From a virus: a DNA stretch of 64,000 nucleotides. A program made the translations under genes and the position numbers. The DNA lies in IMG/VR virus record IMGVR_UViG_3300021964_000021, positions 55,142 through 119,141 of that record; one strand, given 5' to 3'. Below the pieces are notes generated by a model. It saw only the letters and a list, made by a program, of their open reading frames with translations. It did no database searches and was not told the origin of the DNA. Shown here in pieces: positions 37,572-47,095 of this stretch; the first letter of the stretch is position 1, and each line of letters starts with the position of its first letter.

Positions 37572-38126
37572 ATGTTCTTTCGTAAATTGAATGAGAAGTT
37601 TGTAATTGATCATTACAACAAAACTGGCAAGAAGATTGAATATGGGTTGGATAGTCCCATAGGTTTTATGGGAATTAAGTATTCATATATCAATACTACT
37701 AATGATGAGGATCTTCTGCAGGTAATTCCTAGAGAGTATAGGTCTCAGTGTACTTTTTCATTGATGGAATTGAACTATCAGATTCCTCCTCATACTGATA
37801 GTGATATTGAAGCAATTATTAATTTCTATATTAGTACGGATGATTGTATCACTCAGTTCTATTATCCTCCAGATGATAGTGTTCCCCGTCAACAGATTGA
37901 CAACCAGACTGATGGTGCTATATTCCATGAAGGATATTTGAAGAAGGCAGTTAGGTTCATGGCAAAACCTGGTGATGCATATCTTCTGGACGTATCAAAA
38001 CCACACTCTGTTATTCCAACTAATCCTGGGATTACAAATCGTAAGTGTGTTTGTCTACAGATTCTGCATAAGTCGTTTGATGAAGCTGTAGAGATGCTTA
38101 AATCTACTGGTTATATTGATGATTGA
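37572..38126 (+). CDS. 2OG-Fe(II) oxygenase-like (DSBH) protein
   Basis: IPPHTDS...INFY...AKPGDAYLLDVSKPHSV...RKCVCL. Confidence 0.65.
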   Translation: MFFRKLNEKFVIDHYNKTGKKIEYGLDSPIGFMGIKYSYINTTNDEDLLQVIPREYRSQCTFSLMELNYQIPPHTDSDIEAIINFYISTDDCITQFYYPPDDSVPRQQIDNQTDGAIFHEGYLKKAVRFMAKPGDAYLLDVSKPHSVIPTNPGITNRKCVCLQILHKSFDEAVEMLKSTGYIDD

Positions 38127-38640
38127 GATTATCGATGATTATCTACCTCAACGTGAATTTGAGAACATTCGTTCATATTTTGAAGGTGATACTGATGATG
38201 GGACATTGAATGGATCATGTTCATGGGTATTCTTTCCTGGATGTGTTGGATTGAATGATCCAGATGACCATTTTCATTTCACTCATTTAGTATTTGCTCA
38301 GCATAGCATCCTTAGTCCTGCATTTAATTTGATGACACCAATCATCAAGAAGGAGGGTATGTCATCTATCGCTAGAATAAAGGTAAATTGTGTCATTAAG
38401 ACTGAGAAGTTAAAAGTTCTTATCAAAGGATTTCATACTGACTTCCCACAAACATTAACAACAGGCATATACTACATTAATACCAATGATGGGTATACCT
38501 TGTTTGAAGATGGGACACGATGTGATAGTGTTGCGAATAGATTTTGTAGATTCCCATGCACTACAAGACATACTGCTACAACATGTACCACAACTGATCG
38601 TAGACTACTAATCAATTTTAATTATTCAACATATGATTGA
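38116..38640 (+). CDS. 2OG-Fe(II) oxygenase family protein
   Basis: IIDDYLP...RIKVN...FHTD...TGIYYINTNDGYTLF...SVANR...H...RLLINFNY. Confidence 0.8.
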   Translation: MMIEIIDDYLPQREFENIRSYFEGDTDDGTLNGSCSWVFFPGCVGLNDPDDHFHFTHLVFAQHSILSPAFNLMTPIIKKEGMSSIARIKVNCVIKTEKLKVLIKGFHTDFPQTLTTGIYYINTNDGYTLFEDGTRCDSVANRFCRFPCTTRHTATTCTTTDRRLLINFNYSTYD

Positions 38641-39154
38641 AGTCATTGATGATTACCTGGATGCAGAGATGCATAGTGATTTGTATAATTACTGGACAGG
38701 TAATTATGACAATGGTGATATTGCTAATTCATGTGTATGGACATTTAACAATGGTATAAATGCTCCTGGAGATGGTCATTCTCAATACGTTCATTTAATT
38801 TACTCAAAGCATCATATTATTAGTAATGCATATAATATTGTAGAACCAATAGTTGACAAGGAGGATATGAGTGCGATTGCTAGAATAAAGGCGAACGCAA
38901 TCAGTCAGACTGAAGAATTAGTTGTATTTGATTGGGCATTTCATTGTGACTTTGGTCCCCATGCAGATAATATGTTGACTGGTATATACTATGTTAATTC
39001 AAATGATGGATACACTCTGTTTGAAGATGGATCTAAAGTAGAGAGTGTAGCAAACAGATTTGTTAAATTCCCTGCTACCATGATGCATACTGGAACATCA
39101 TGCACAGATGACTACAGGAGAATAGTTATCAATTTTAACTATTATGCAATTTAA
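38633..39154 (+). CDS. 2OG-Fe(II) oxygenase family protein (tandem paralog of 38116-38640)
   Basis: VIDDYL...RIKAN...FHCD...TGIYYVNSNDGYTLF...SVANR...HTGTSCTD...RIVINFNY. Confidence 0.8.
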   Translation: MIEVIDDYLDAEMHSDLYNYWTGNYDNGDIANSCVWTFNNGINAPGDGHSQYVHLIYSKHHIISNAYNIVEPIVDKEDMSAIARIKANAISQTEELVVFDWAFHCDFGPHADNMLTGIYYVNSNDGYTLFEDGSKVESVANRFVKFPATMMHTGTSCTDDYRRIVINFNYYAI

Positions 39155-39995
39155 TACTAAGCAGATAGAACTACATGTAACTCATGCATGTAATTTTACA
39201 TGTGAGGGTTGCTCTCATTACTCCAATCATGGATACTCTGGTAACTTATCTTTAGATACTGCTAGAGAATGGCTATATAATTGGAGTCAAAGGGTGGTGC
39301 CTGATACATTTGTCATCCTAGGTGGAGAACCAACATTAAACGAAGAGTTAACAGAGATTGTATATCTGGTTAGGATGATATATCCTGACCCATCAACTAA
39401 GATTGATTTAGTATCAAACGCTAGTTTCTTACATAAACACCCTAGACTCCCTCAAGCACTAAAAGCAACACAAACAAACCTAGCGATATCGATTCATAGC
39501 ACTAAACATAAAGATTATGTAAGGAGGTTCAAGAGAGGATATAAATTAGCAAAGGAATGGAAGCATAATTTGGGTGTACATGTAGAGTTTTGGGACTTTA
39601 CAAATACCCATTGGATACCTCAGTACAAGGGATATGGTAATAACTTTATGCCATATGAGGATGACAATCCTAGATTAAGTTGGGAGAAGTGTGTATCTAA
39701 ACATGCTATGCAAATACATGAGGGTAAGTTATGGAAGTGCCCTGCACTAGCATATCTCCCTATGCAAGCAAACAAGTATAATCTGAGTCAAAAGTGGGAT
39801 CCTTATCTAAAATATGAACCATTGAGTTTAGACTGCACTGACGAAGAGTTAAAAGAGTTTTTGAGTAGAGAGGACGAATCGTTCTGTTCTATGTGTCCAG
39901 CAAACAAGACCGAACCTTACATCAAACAAGATCCAACATTACCTGTTAGTTATTGGGAGAAAAGATATGATAACATGGGGGATATCATCGAATAG
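39144..39995 (+). CDS. Radical SAM protein (paralog 2)
   Basis: CNFTCEGC, LGGEPTL, HEGKLWKCPALAYLPMQA identical to paralog 1, CSMCP. Confidence 0.9.
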   Translation: MQFNTKQIELHVTHACNFTCEGCSHYSNHGYSGNLSLDTAREWLYNWSQRVVPDTFVILGGEPTLNEELTEIVYLVRMIYPDPSTKIDLVSNASFLHKHPRLPQALKATQTNLAISIHSTKHKDYVRRFKRGYKLAKEWKHNLGVHVEFWDFTNTHWIPQYKGYGNNFMPYEDDNPRLSWEKCVSKHAMQIHEGKLWKCPALAYLPMQANKYNLSQKWDPYLKYEPLSLDCTDEELKEFLSREDESFCSMCPANKTEPYIKQDPTLPVSYWEKRYDNMGDIIE

Positions 39996-41391
39996 TCACA
40001 ACGCTGCTCTAGCAGTGTTTTCTAATGACTCTCTCATGTTTGCTAGTCAAAGTGAACGTTTTAGTAGAAAGAAGAACGATCCATATATTTGTGAAGAACT
40101 GATTCATCATGCATTAAAGTATGGTGAACCTGAACTAATTTGTTGGTATGAGCAACCACTTAGGAAGAAGTTGCGACAAATTAGGGCGGGTCAAGGGATG
40201 TTCCAAGATAACTTCACCAAATACTTTAATTGTAAGCATAAGTTTATTGACCATCATTACAGTCATGCTTGTGCTGGATACTTCACTAGCAAGTTCCAGA
40301 GTAGTGCTATTCTTGTGATTGATGGTATTGGTGAGACAACTACTATGAGTATTTGGTCTGCCAAAGGTAGTAATATTAAGCAGTTATGGAAGCTCAAGTA
40401 TCCAAATAGCATTGGTCTCTGGTATTCTGCAATGACTCAACGTTGTGGATTTAAACCAAATGAAGAAGAATACCTAATGATGGGTCTATCAGCATATGGT
40501 AATGGTGGAGAATATGTTGGTAAGATTATGAGTGAATTGATTGGGATGGATTTTGAGTGCAAACAAAACATGCATAGGGGGATAGGTGACTGGCAACCAG
40601 AGGCATCTCCTGAGGAGATCGCTGCTGCATCTCAAACTGTTTATGCTACTTTATTTTGTAATGCACTCTCCCTCACAAAAAGATTGACTGGTAGTGATAA
40701 CATTGTAATTATGGGTGGGTGTGCATTGAATTGTGCTGCAAACACACATGCATATGACTTCTTTAAACGAGTGTGGATTATGCCAGCACCAGATGATGCT
40801 GGATCTGCTATTGGTGCGGTGCTTGCCCATAAGAAGATAAGAATACCATTCACTCCCTACTTGGGATACAAGATTCTACAAAAGGATACTAATGCTTCAA
40901 TCGTTGAATACTTGAGGTATCATAAGGTATGTGGTCTTGCTAGGGGTAGAGCAGAGTTTGGACCCAGAGCACTTGGTGCCAGGAGTTTGTTGGCAGATCC
41001 AACAGTTCATAACATTAAGGATGTTGTCAATACTATTAAGAGAAGGCAATCATTCCGACCATTCTCACCTGTGGTTCCGATTGAATATGCTTCAAAATAT
41101 TTTGATATGCATGATGACATGGTAGAGAGTCCATTTATGCAGTACACTGTTAAATGCAAAATGCCAGAGTTGTTACCTGGAGTGGTGCATGTTGATGGGA
41201 CCAGCAGGGTGCAGACAGTGAAGAAGACTGATACACCAAGATTGCATGATTTGTTACTTCGTTGGGGTAAAGTATCTGGCCATCCAGTGCTTCTTAATAC
41301 CAGTTTAAATATCAAGGGGCAACCGATAGTCAATGATGAATATGATGCTGGGGTTTGGTCTGAGACGCATGGCATAAGAGTATTCCAATGA
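39967..41391 (+). CDS. Carbamoyltransferase (NodU/CmcH/TobZ family)
   Basis: HNAALA...SERFSRKK...HHYSHA...IDGIGE...GGCALNC...DAGSAIGA...EFGPRALGARSLLADP...RQSFRPFSP...HVDGTSRVQTV...LLNTSLN. Confidence 0.93.
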   Translation: MITWGISSNSHNAALAVFSNDSLMFASQSERFSRKKNDPYICEELIHHALKYGEPELICWYEQPLRKKLRQIRAGQGMFQDNFTKYFNCKHKFIDHHYSHACAGYFTSKFQSSAILVIDGIGETTTMSIWSAKGSNIKQLWKLKYPNSIGLWYSAMTQRCGFKPNEEEYLMMGLSAYGNGGEYVGKIMSELIGMDFECKQNMHRGIGDWQPEASPEEIAAASQTVYATLFCNALSLTKRLTGSDNIVIMGGCALNCAANTHAYDFFKRVWIMPAPDDAGSAIGAVLAHKKIRIPFTPYLGYKILQKDTNASIVEYLRYHKVCGLARGRAEFGPRALGARSLLADPTVHNIKDVVNTIKRRQSFRPFSPVVPIEYASKYFDMHDDMVESPFMQYTVKCKMPELLPGVVHVDGTSRVQTVKKTDTPRLHDLLLRWGKVSGHPVLLNTSLNIKGQPIVNDEYDAGVWSETHGIRVFQ

Positions 41392-42101
41392 ACATTTACG
41401 AACTTGAGGATAGACCTGATCAAAGTGGTTCTTGGTTTGACCAAGATAGTAAGGAACTGTTTGTAAAGAATGCCAAGTCACAACCAGCTAGTTGGAGATA
41501 TAGGAATATTGGTGTCAGTTATCGGTTGAATTCTATGGGATATAGAACTCAGGAGTTTGATCGTATTCCATGGCACAAGTGTATTGTTTTGTTTGGATGT
41601 TCTTATGTTTTTGGTGTTGGATGTGAATTAAGTTCAACCATTGCTGCACAGTTAAGTGGAATGACTGGTCGTCCAGTTATCAACATGGGAGCACCTGGAT
41701 CATCTCCTATGTTCTCTCTACATAACTCTGCTAAGCTAAAGGCACTATACCCAGAACCACTTGCAGTGGTGTTCTCATGGTCTTCATCTCAAAGATGTCC
41801 ACTATATTTGAATGATTCTGTGGTTCATTGTGGTCAGTGGAAAGAAGACATTGGTGGACTTGGTAAAGCATGGAGAAGATTTGATCATCATAATGAAGAG
41901 CATCTAAGAATGACAAGGTTGACCGCACAGATGATGTGGAGCAGTACAAAATACTATGACTTTACTCTTTACCCGTCAAATAGGAAGGCAATAGATTGTG
42001 ATTACATTAAACAAGTAGATACTGCTAGAGACTTAGTACATTCTGGTATTGTGACTAATGAGATTATTGCGAAGAAGATTGCAGAATCCCTTGATATGTG
42101 A
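41388..42101 (+). CDS. SGNH/GDSL-like hydrolase
   Basis: YRLNSMGYRTQEF...FGCSYVFGVG...INMGAPGSS...ARDLVHSG (block I Ser, DxxH). Confidence 0.65.
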   Translation: MNIYELEDRPDQSGSWFDQDSKELFVKNAKSQPASWRYRNIGVSYRLNSMGYRTQEFDRIPWHKCIVLFGCSYVFGVGCELSSTIAAQLSGMTGRPVINMGAPGSSPMFSLHNSAKLKALYPEPLAVVFSWSSSQRCPLYLNDSVVHCGQWKEDIGGLGKAWRRFDHHNEEHLRMTRLTAQMMWSSTKYYDFTLYPSNRKAIDCDYIKQVDTARDLVHSGIVTNEIIAKKIAESLDM

Positions 42102-42128
42102 TAAAATCGAGACAGTCAGGAGAATAAA

Positions 42129-42290
42129 ATGACAAAGAAAACTTTTACTGGCAAAGGTGGAGAGACTTGGGAGTGGGAAGAGACTCCTGAGACTGTCGAA
42201 GCACTTAAGAATCTCCACAATTCCCTTGTCAACAATCGAGTAAACAGACCCCATCCCTATAAGAATGAACAAAGCACCACTAACTCCTGA
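42129..42290 (+). CDS. Small hypothetical protein
   Basis: 53 aa (MTKKTFTGKGGETWEWEETPE...) with AGGAG RBS and an upstream TTGCAG-N17-TAAAAT promoter. Confidence 0.55.
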   Translation: MTKKTFTGKGGETWEWEETPETVEALKNLHNSLVNNRVNRPHPYKNEQSTTNS

Positions 42291-42492
42291 AGAAGTACAA
42301 GAAGCAGCGAATCAGTTCTTCCCTCTGTTTGATATTGTTCTTAGGAACATGCCAGAGGGATCTAAAACTGAAGATACCCTAAAGGTTATGGAGACAGTTT
42401 GTGGTCTCGCACATAAAATGAGGGCAGAGAGAGAAGAAGAATCTCTCCCCTTTGGATTTAACAAAAAGAAAGATGACGGAACAGAAGACTGA
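42265..42492 (+). CDS. Hypothetical protein
   Basis: 75-aa ORF ending PFGF. Confidence 0.6.
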   Translation: MNKAPLTPEEVQEAANQFFPLFDIVLRNMPEGSKTEDTLKVMETVCGLAHKMRAEREEESLPFGFNKKKDDGTED

Positions 42493-42775
42493 GACCAAAA
42501 ACAAAGCACGCCTTCAAGATTCCTTTGGTGGAACTGTTGAGAAGGACATTCCCGAAGATGTAGAGTGGATTGATGATGCGTTCTACATCAAAAAGACTCG
42601 CTTTGGTATGCACACCAGTATTCTAAAAGATCCCTTGGGACAACACTTTATCACTGGAATGGAGTATGATACTGTTCTCAGTGTGACTCGTTGGCGTCTT
42701 AAAGCATTACAAGAAGGTAATCTTGATGAATATACTCGTGTTGTAAATAGTGGGGTTGTTGGAGGCAAACTATGA
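42473..42775 (+). CDS. Hypothetical protein
   Basis: WIDDAFYIKKTRFG...VVGGKL. Confidence 0.65.
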   Translation: MTEQKTETKNKARLQDSFGGTVEKDIPEDVEWIDDAFYIKKTRFGMHTSILKDPLGQHFITGMEYDTVLSVTRWRLKALQEGNLDEYTRVVNSGVVGGKL

Positions 42776-43011
42776 AACCAACTGAAAACTATGAACAATT
42801 GATTGAGCGGTTCACTAAAAGAACTGCTCAACTTACTGCTAGGGCAGATGAGTTGTACGAAGCATACTCTGAATATGTGAAGATTCAAGAAGATCTTGCA
42901 CGATTGACAGGTTCACTACAAGTAGCAGAGTATCTTGCACATGGTAAATTACCAGGTGATGGTAACCATGATGGTATGAAGGATCACCAACCTATGAGGA
43001 AATGGCGATGA
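42772..43011 (+). CDS. Hypothetical coiled-coil protein
   Basis: 79-aa ORF, GGAGG RBS. Confidence 0.6.
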   Translation: MKPTENYEQLIERFTKRTAQLTARADELYEAYSEYVKIQEDLARLTGSLQVAEYLAHGKLPGDGNHDGMKDHQPMRKWR

Positions 43012-43065
43012 GAAAACTAATTAATAAGGTCAGAGATTTTATTCAAAGGTTTAGGAACAAAAACC

Positions 43066-43239
43066 GTGACCCATTCATCTACAAGTGATTACCCATACCA
43101 TGAGTTAGATCCTACTACACCATGGTATGAATGGTTAATGTATTGTGAGATTTGCCATCAGTTAGATGTAAAAGATCAACCACGACTGGGTAGATTCATG
43201 GCATATCGTCGTTACCTTAAATACATGGGGATTATATGA
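43066..43239 (+). CDS. Small hypothetical protein
   Basis: Manual translation ...YPYHELDPTTPWYEWLMYCEICHQL...RFMAYRRYLK. Confidence 0.55.
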   Translation: MTHSSTSDYPYHELDPTTPWYEWLMYCEICHQLDVKDQPRLGRFMAYRRYLKYMGII

Positions 43240-43472
43240 AACAAAATCCATATTGGTTTTTTGAGAAGTGGGGAATTAAAGAACAACCACCAATCAATAA
43301 TATTCTTGATAAAGTAGAAGAACTTGAAGAACGAGTAAAGTATCTTGAGTTGGAACGAGTCGGTTTAATTAATGATTTGTATGAACTTGAGAACAGACTT
43401 CAAGCACAAATTGACAAACATCACCCTCCAACGTATAATTTGGGGGAGAATTATTCTCTAGGAGACAAATGA
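43236..43472 (+). CDS. Hypothetical coiled-coil protein
   Basis: 78-aa ORF overlapping the talC start. Confidence 0.55.
   Translation: MKQNPYWFFEKWGIKEQPPINNILDKVEELEERVKYLELERVGLINDLYELENRLQAQIDKHHPPTYNLGENYSLGDK
43411..43439 (+). promoter_or_regulatory. Sigma70-type promoter for talC
   Basis: Perfect TTGACA-N17-TATAAT 30 nt upstream of talC. Confidence 0.8.
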
Positions 43473-44143
43473 AAATCTTTCTTGACACCGCAGATACCGA
43501 AGAGGTCCGTAAATATTTTGCGACTGGACTTGTTGATGGTGTCACTACTAATCCTTCCCTGATTCGCAAGGCGGGTCGTGATCCCGAAGAAGTATATCAG
43601 GAGATGATTGATATTGGTGTTCCTGATGTCAGCATGGAAGTTGTTGGCACCGTGGGTGAGATGTACGATGATGGTGTTCGCCTTGCTGAGAAGTTTGGCA
43701 CTGCTGCCACTATTAAACTTCCCTGCACTCCAGATGGTCTGCTTGTTTGTAAGCGACTGACTGGGATGGGTATCAAGACTAACGTAACTCTTGTGTTCTC
43801 TGTTGCACAAGCATGTATGGCAATGAAGGCAGGTGCTACCTATCTGTCTCCCTTTGTTGGACGTTGTAATGACAATTCCTTCAGTGGTGTTGAATTGGTT
43901 CGTGCTATTGCTACTACTAGGACTGTTCATGGGATGAAGACTGAAGTGCTTGCTGCATCTCTGCGTGATGCACATCATGTCTCTCGCTGCTTCATGTATG
44001 GTTCTGACATTGTTACCATGCCAACCAAAGTGTTCAATGCAATGTATGATAGTGTGTTGACTCGTGAGGGACTTGCTATCTTCCAACGTGATTATGAAGC
44101 ATCCCTTGAGGCACTTAATACACCTGAAGTAACGGTGTTCTGA
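43469..44143 (+). CDS. talC: Transaldolase (TalC/FSA family), auxiliary metabolic gene
   Basis: MKIFLDTAD...GVTTNPSLI...TIKLPCT..GL...NVTLVFS..QA...GATYLSPFVGR...LAASLR. Confidence 0.96.
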   Translation: MKIFLDTADTEEVRKYFATGLVDGVTTNPSLIRKAGRDPEEVYQEMIDIGVPDVSMEVVGTVGEMYDDGVRLAEKFGTAATIKLPCTPDGLLVCKRLTGMGIKTNVTLVFSVAQACMAMKAGATYLSPFVGRCNDNSFSGVELVRAIATTRTVHGMKTEVLAASLRDAHHVSRCFMYGSDIVTMPTKVFNAMYDSVLTREGLAIFQRDYEASLEALNTPEVTVF

Positions 44144-44145
44144 TC

Positions 44146-44328
44146 ATGTATGAAGAACTAAATTGTTTTGAAGAAGCACTGAAGCACTTTGGCACCCGTG
44201 TTGAGATCATCACTGCTATGGAGATGTCTAAGAAACTTTCTCCTGAAGATGCTTATCAGTTGATTAAGGATGAACTGAAGGAAGTGAAGAAATGTCGTAA
44301 ATTGTTTAACAAGAACAATGACTGCTAA
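44146..44328 (+). CDS. Small hypothetical protein
   Basis: MYEELNCFEEALKHFGTRVE...EDAYQLIK. Confidence 0.65.
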   Translation: MYEELNCFEEALKHFGTRVEIITAMEMSKKLSPEDAYQLIKDELKEVKKCRKLFNKNNDC

Positions 44329-44593
44329 AATCTATGAGTCACCTGATGGTGGCAAGACAGTTTATATGCGTGAGATGGGTAGTGATGAACCACGTCGTCA
44401 GATCTACCCTGATCTCATGAATGAAGTTCAGGCAACATCACCATATAATGATGGGTGGACACAGAAATTCTATAGAGAACAGTGGCCACCTTTTGTACCC
44501 GATGGGTTTAAAGATCAGTATGAGAACTATCAAGCAGTTCTTGCAGATGGTTGGGAGTTCACTGATGATGGATTCTGGATTAAATGTACTTAA
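44318..44593 (+). CDS. Hypothetical protein
   Basis: KIYESPDGGKTVY...SPYNDGWTQ...GWEFTDDGFW. Confidence 0.6.
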   Translation: MTAKIYESPDGGKTVYMREMGSDEPRRQIYPDLMNEVQATSPYNDGWTQKFYREQWPPFVPDGFKDQYENYQAVLADGWEFTDDGFWIKCT

Positions 44594-44599
44594 TAAATA
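44593..44599 (+). promoter_or_regulatory. T4-type late promoter ATAAATA
   Basis: ATAAATA (and a second TAAATA) upstream of the short-fibre genes. Confidence 0.6.
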
Positions 44600-44626
44600 A
44601 GTAAATAAAGGAAGTATGGTTGTAAG

Positions 44627-45190
44627 ATGGCAGCACAATTAACCGCCACTGGGGTTACTTTTAGTGATGGTACATCATTATCTTCTAAGTATTCCGTATT
44701 AGCACAAAACACTGTAAGTGTATTCTACCAGGCAGCAGCACCAACTGGTTGGACACAAGTTACTGCACACAACGACAAAGCGTTGCGCTTGGTTAATGGT
44801 GCTGGTGGTGGATTTGGATTTGGTGGTAATTCTGGTTCTGGTGGTAGTAGTTTTACAACAGTTTTTCCATCAACTACTTCAAGTGTTGCCGTTAGTTTTA
44901 CTGCAACAGCCCCTGTAAGTGGCACTGTTGGTGGTCATACTTTGACTACCTCTGAGATTCCTGATCATACTCACAACTCTAATGTTGGTGGAACTGCAAA
45001 CGCTTCTGGTGGTGGTAGTAGTTTTAGAGTTCCAGGATCTTCCAATACTGGTGGTGTTAATTCTCCTGGTGGTATTGGACAGGCTCACGATCACCCATTC
45101 TCTGGTACAGTAACTCTTAATGCTTCTGGATCTGGCAATATTGACTTGAGGATTCAGTATATTGATGTAATCCTTTGCTCATTCGCTTGA
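44627..45190 (+). CDS. Short tail-fibre / collar-needle protein (paralog 1)
   Basis: FYQAAAPTGWTQ...DKALRLV...GHTLTTSEIPDHTH...AHDHPF...QYIDVILCS; HxH motifs as in metal-binding fibre needles. Confidence 0.7.
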   Translation: MAAQLTATGVTFSDGTSLSSKYSVLAQNTVSVFYQAAAPTGWTQVTAHNDKALRLVNGAGGGFGFGGNSGSGGSSFTTVFPSTTSSVAVSFTATAPVSGTVGGHTLTTSEIPDHTHNSNVGGTANASGGGSSFRVPGSSNTGGVNSPGGIGQAHDHPFSGTVTLNASGSGNIDLRIQYIDVILCSFA

Positions 45191-45191
45191 T

Positions 45192-45770
45192 ATGGCACGT
45201 TTAACAGGCAATGGGGTTCAATTCGATCTGCTGGACCCAAATAATAAGATAGATTCTTTTTATTGGTTGTATCCTGCAGGAACTAGGAAGTTATTTTTCC
45301 AAGCGACTGCACCAGTTGGGTGGACTCAAGATACATCTATGGGTGGAGATAAAGCTTTAAGGGTTGTGAATGGAACTGGTGGTGTTCAGGGTGGAACAAC
45401 TGCCTTTACTACTGTCCTTAGTTCAACAAGTGGTAATCTTAGTGTTACGATTAATGAGACTTTGCCAGTAAATGTAACGCAGGGTCAAGGAACTATTATT
45501 GGTAATCATACTCTATCTTTAACAGAGTTACCAGATCATACACACCCATCTAATGTTGGTCCTACTGGTGGTGCTAATGCTACACCATTTAGTAATACTG
45601 GTGCTCGCACTATCAGTGGTAATAATGCCACAGGAACTATGAATGAGTCAAGTGGTGGTGGAGCACACAATCACCCATTTAGTGGATCTACAACAATTAA
45701 TGATACATTTGCTAATAGTATTGATCTTGCAGTAAATTACGTTGATGTTATTATCTGCTCATTGAACTAA
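45192..45770 (+). CDS. Short tail-fibre / collar-needle protein (paralog 2)
   Basis: FFQATAPVGWTQ...DKALRVV...HTLSLTELPDHTH...AHNHPF...NYVDVIICS. Confidence 0.7.
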   Translation: MARLTGNGVQFDLLDPNNKIDSFYWLYPAGTRKLFFQATAPVGWTQDTSMGGDKALRVVNGTGGVQGGTTAFTTVLSSTSGNLSVTINETLPVNVTQGQGTIIGNHTLSLTELPDHTHPSNVGPTGGANATPFSNTGARTISGNNATGTMNESSGGGAHNHPFSGSTTINDTFANSIDLAVNYVDVIICSLN

Positions 45771-45803
45771 ATATGGTATACTAAATTAATTAAGTGATTT
45801 GTT

Positions 45804-46136
45804 ATGGCGCAAATTAAACCTGGTAATTTTTGTCCTTTAATTGGAGAGGACTGTAAAGGACTTGAATGTTCCTGGTATACTCAAATTAGGGGTCAGAATC
45901 CTAATACTGGGGAATCTGTAGATGAATGGGGATGTGCTATTACATGGATGCCCATGTTACTTATTGAAAACTCTCAACAGCAACGTTCAACGAGTGCTGG
46001 CGTGGAGTCATTTAGGAATGAGATGGTGAAGGCAAATTCAACTAACATCGATGTCTTATCTGCAGCGGCACAGATGCTGAGTCAGGCAAGAGATCAAAAA
46101 GTAATTACAGCAGATGTAAAAGAGGTAGAAGAATGA
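45804..46136 (+). CDS. Cys-rich hypothetical protein of the fibre cassette
   Basis: CPLIGEDCKGLECSWY...GQNPNTG..VDEWGCAITWMPMLLIENSQQQRST.AGVESFRNEMV. Confidence 0.65.
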   Translation: MAQIKPGNFCPLIGEDCKGLECSWYTQIRGQNPNTGESVDEWGCAITWMPMLLIENSQQQRSTSAGVESFRNEMVKANSTNIDVLSAAAQMLSQARDQKVITADVKEVEE

Positions 46137-47095
46137 AACAGTTTACCTTAATCGAGGCAGACAAGTATATCAGAATTGATGGTCTTGGTATCTTCTTTAC
46201 TGAAGAGAACTGGCCATTTGCTGATATTGAGCATCTGTGGGCAATTCAGTGGAAGGATAATGGCACTGAAGATGGTGTCGGTGAGGTAGAATATGATTCT
46301 CCTGTCCCAAATACTCCTGCTACTCGTAAAATGATCGAACGTTATGTTGATCATTTTAATGCTGAGAAGGAACGTCAGGAGGAAGAGAAGCGTAAGCAAG
46401 AAGAGGAAGATAGGAAGCAAGCATTGTCTTGGCAAGAGGCAATGGCAGAATTAGAAGGTCAGATGGAGGAGATGCAGAAGAGACATGATGATAATCTTCG
46501 TAGCATGAACTCTGATCATGATCAGCAACTGCAGAAGATGGTCGCTAATCATGATAATCAGATGGTCTCAATGCACTCTCTTCAAGAGAAGGTTGCACAC
46601 GATGCCAGTGAAGAGATTCATAAAACTCACCAGCGTATTGCACAAGCACATGAAGAATTCTTCTATGGTGAAGAAAGAATTCAAACTAATGTCAGTGAGA
46701 GTGAGAGGAACTTCCAGTTTGAAGCAGGATATGAGAACCTAACTGTATTTGATGGTAACGTTGATCCTTCACTGTTTGATGATGCTGTAGATGAATCTCT
46801 CTTTGAAGTTGAAGAAGCAGATATTGTATCACCAGATCAGGTTCCTACAGCAGTTCTCCTTCCCGAAGAGGAAGAGCAAGAGGATAATGTGGAGGAGGAA
46901 GATGATGATACTCCAACAGTAAGTAATTTTGATGACATTGACCTTGGTCTGCTTGACAATGAGTTCAGTCTTGAGTTATTATTTGAGGAAGACAGCACGG
47001 AGCAAGTCGTCTCTGAGATCGAAGAACTGATCGCAGAGGAAGAGTCTGAAGTCCCTGACGCCTCAATCCCTGATAATGAACCAACAACTGATTGA
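46133..47095 (+). CDS. Putative fibre assembly protein with coiled coil and very acidic C-terminus
   Basis: N-terminal FTLIEADKYIRIDG...WAIQW...GEVEY; central coiled coil; D/E-rich tail. Confidence 0.5.
   Translation: MKQFTLIEADKYIRIDGLGIFFTEENWPFADIEHLWAIQWKDNGTEDGVGEVEYDSPVPNTPATRKMIERYVDHFNAEKERQEEEKRKQEEEDRKQALSWQEAMAELEGQMEEMQKRHDDNLRSMNSDHDQQLQKMVANHDNQMVSMHSLQEKVAHDASEEIHKTHQRIAQAHEEFFYGEERIQTNVSESERNFQFEAGYENLTVFDGNVDPSLFDDAVDESLFEVEEADIVSPDQVPTAVLLPEEEEQEDNVEEEDDDTPTVSNFDDIDLGLLDNEFSLELLFEEDSTEQVVSEIEELIAEEESEVPDASIPDNEPTTD

Noticed and set aside
38116-39154. Calling these DNA endonuclease V, a label sometimes given to similar cyanophage proteins
   Set aside because: They show HxD...H...R DSBH oxygenase motifs and no DenV features
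43451-44086. 211-aa antisense ORF over talC (similarly antisense ORFs over gnd and the helicases)
   Set aside because: Mirror frames of well-conserved enzymes, without RBS or motifs
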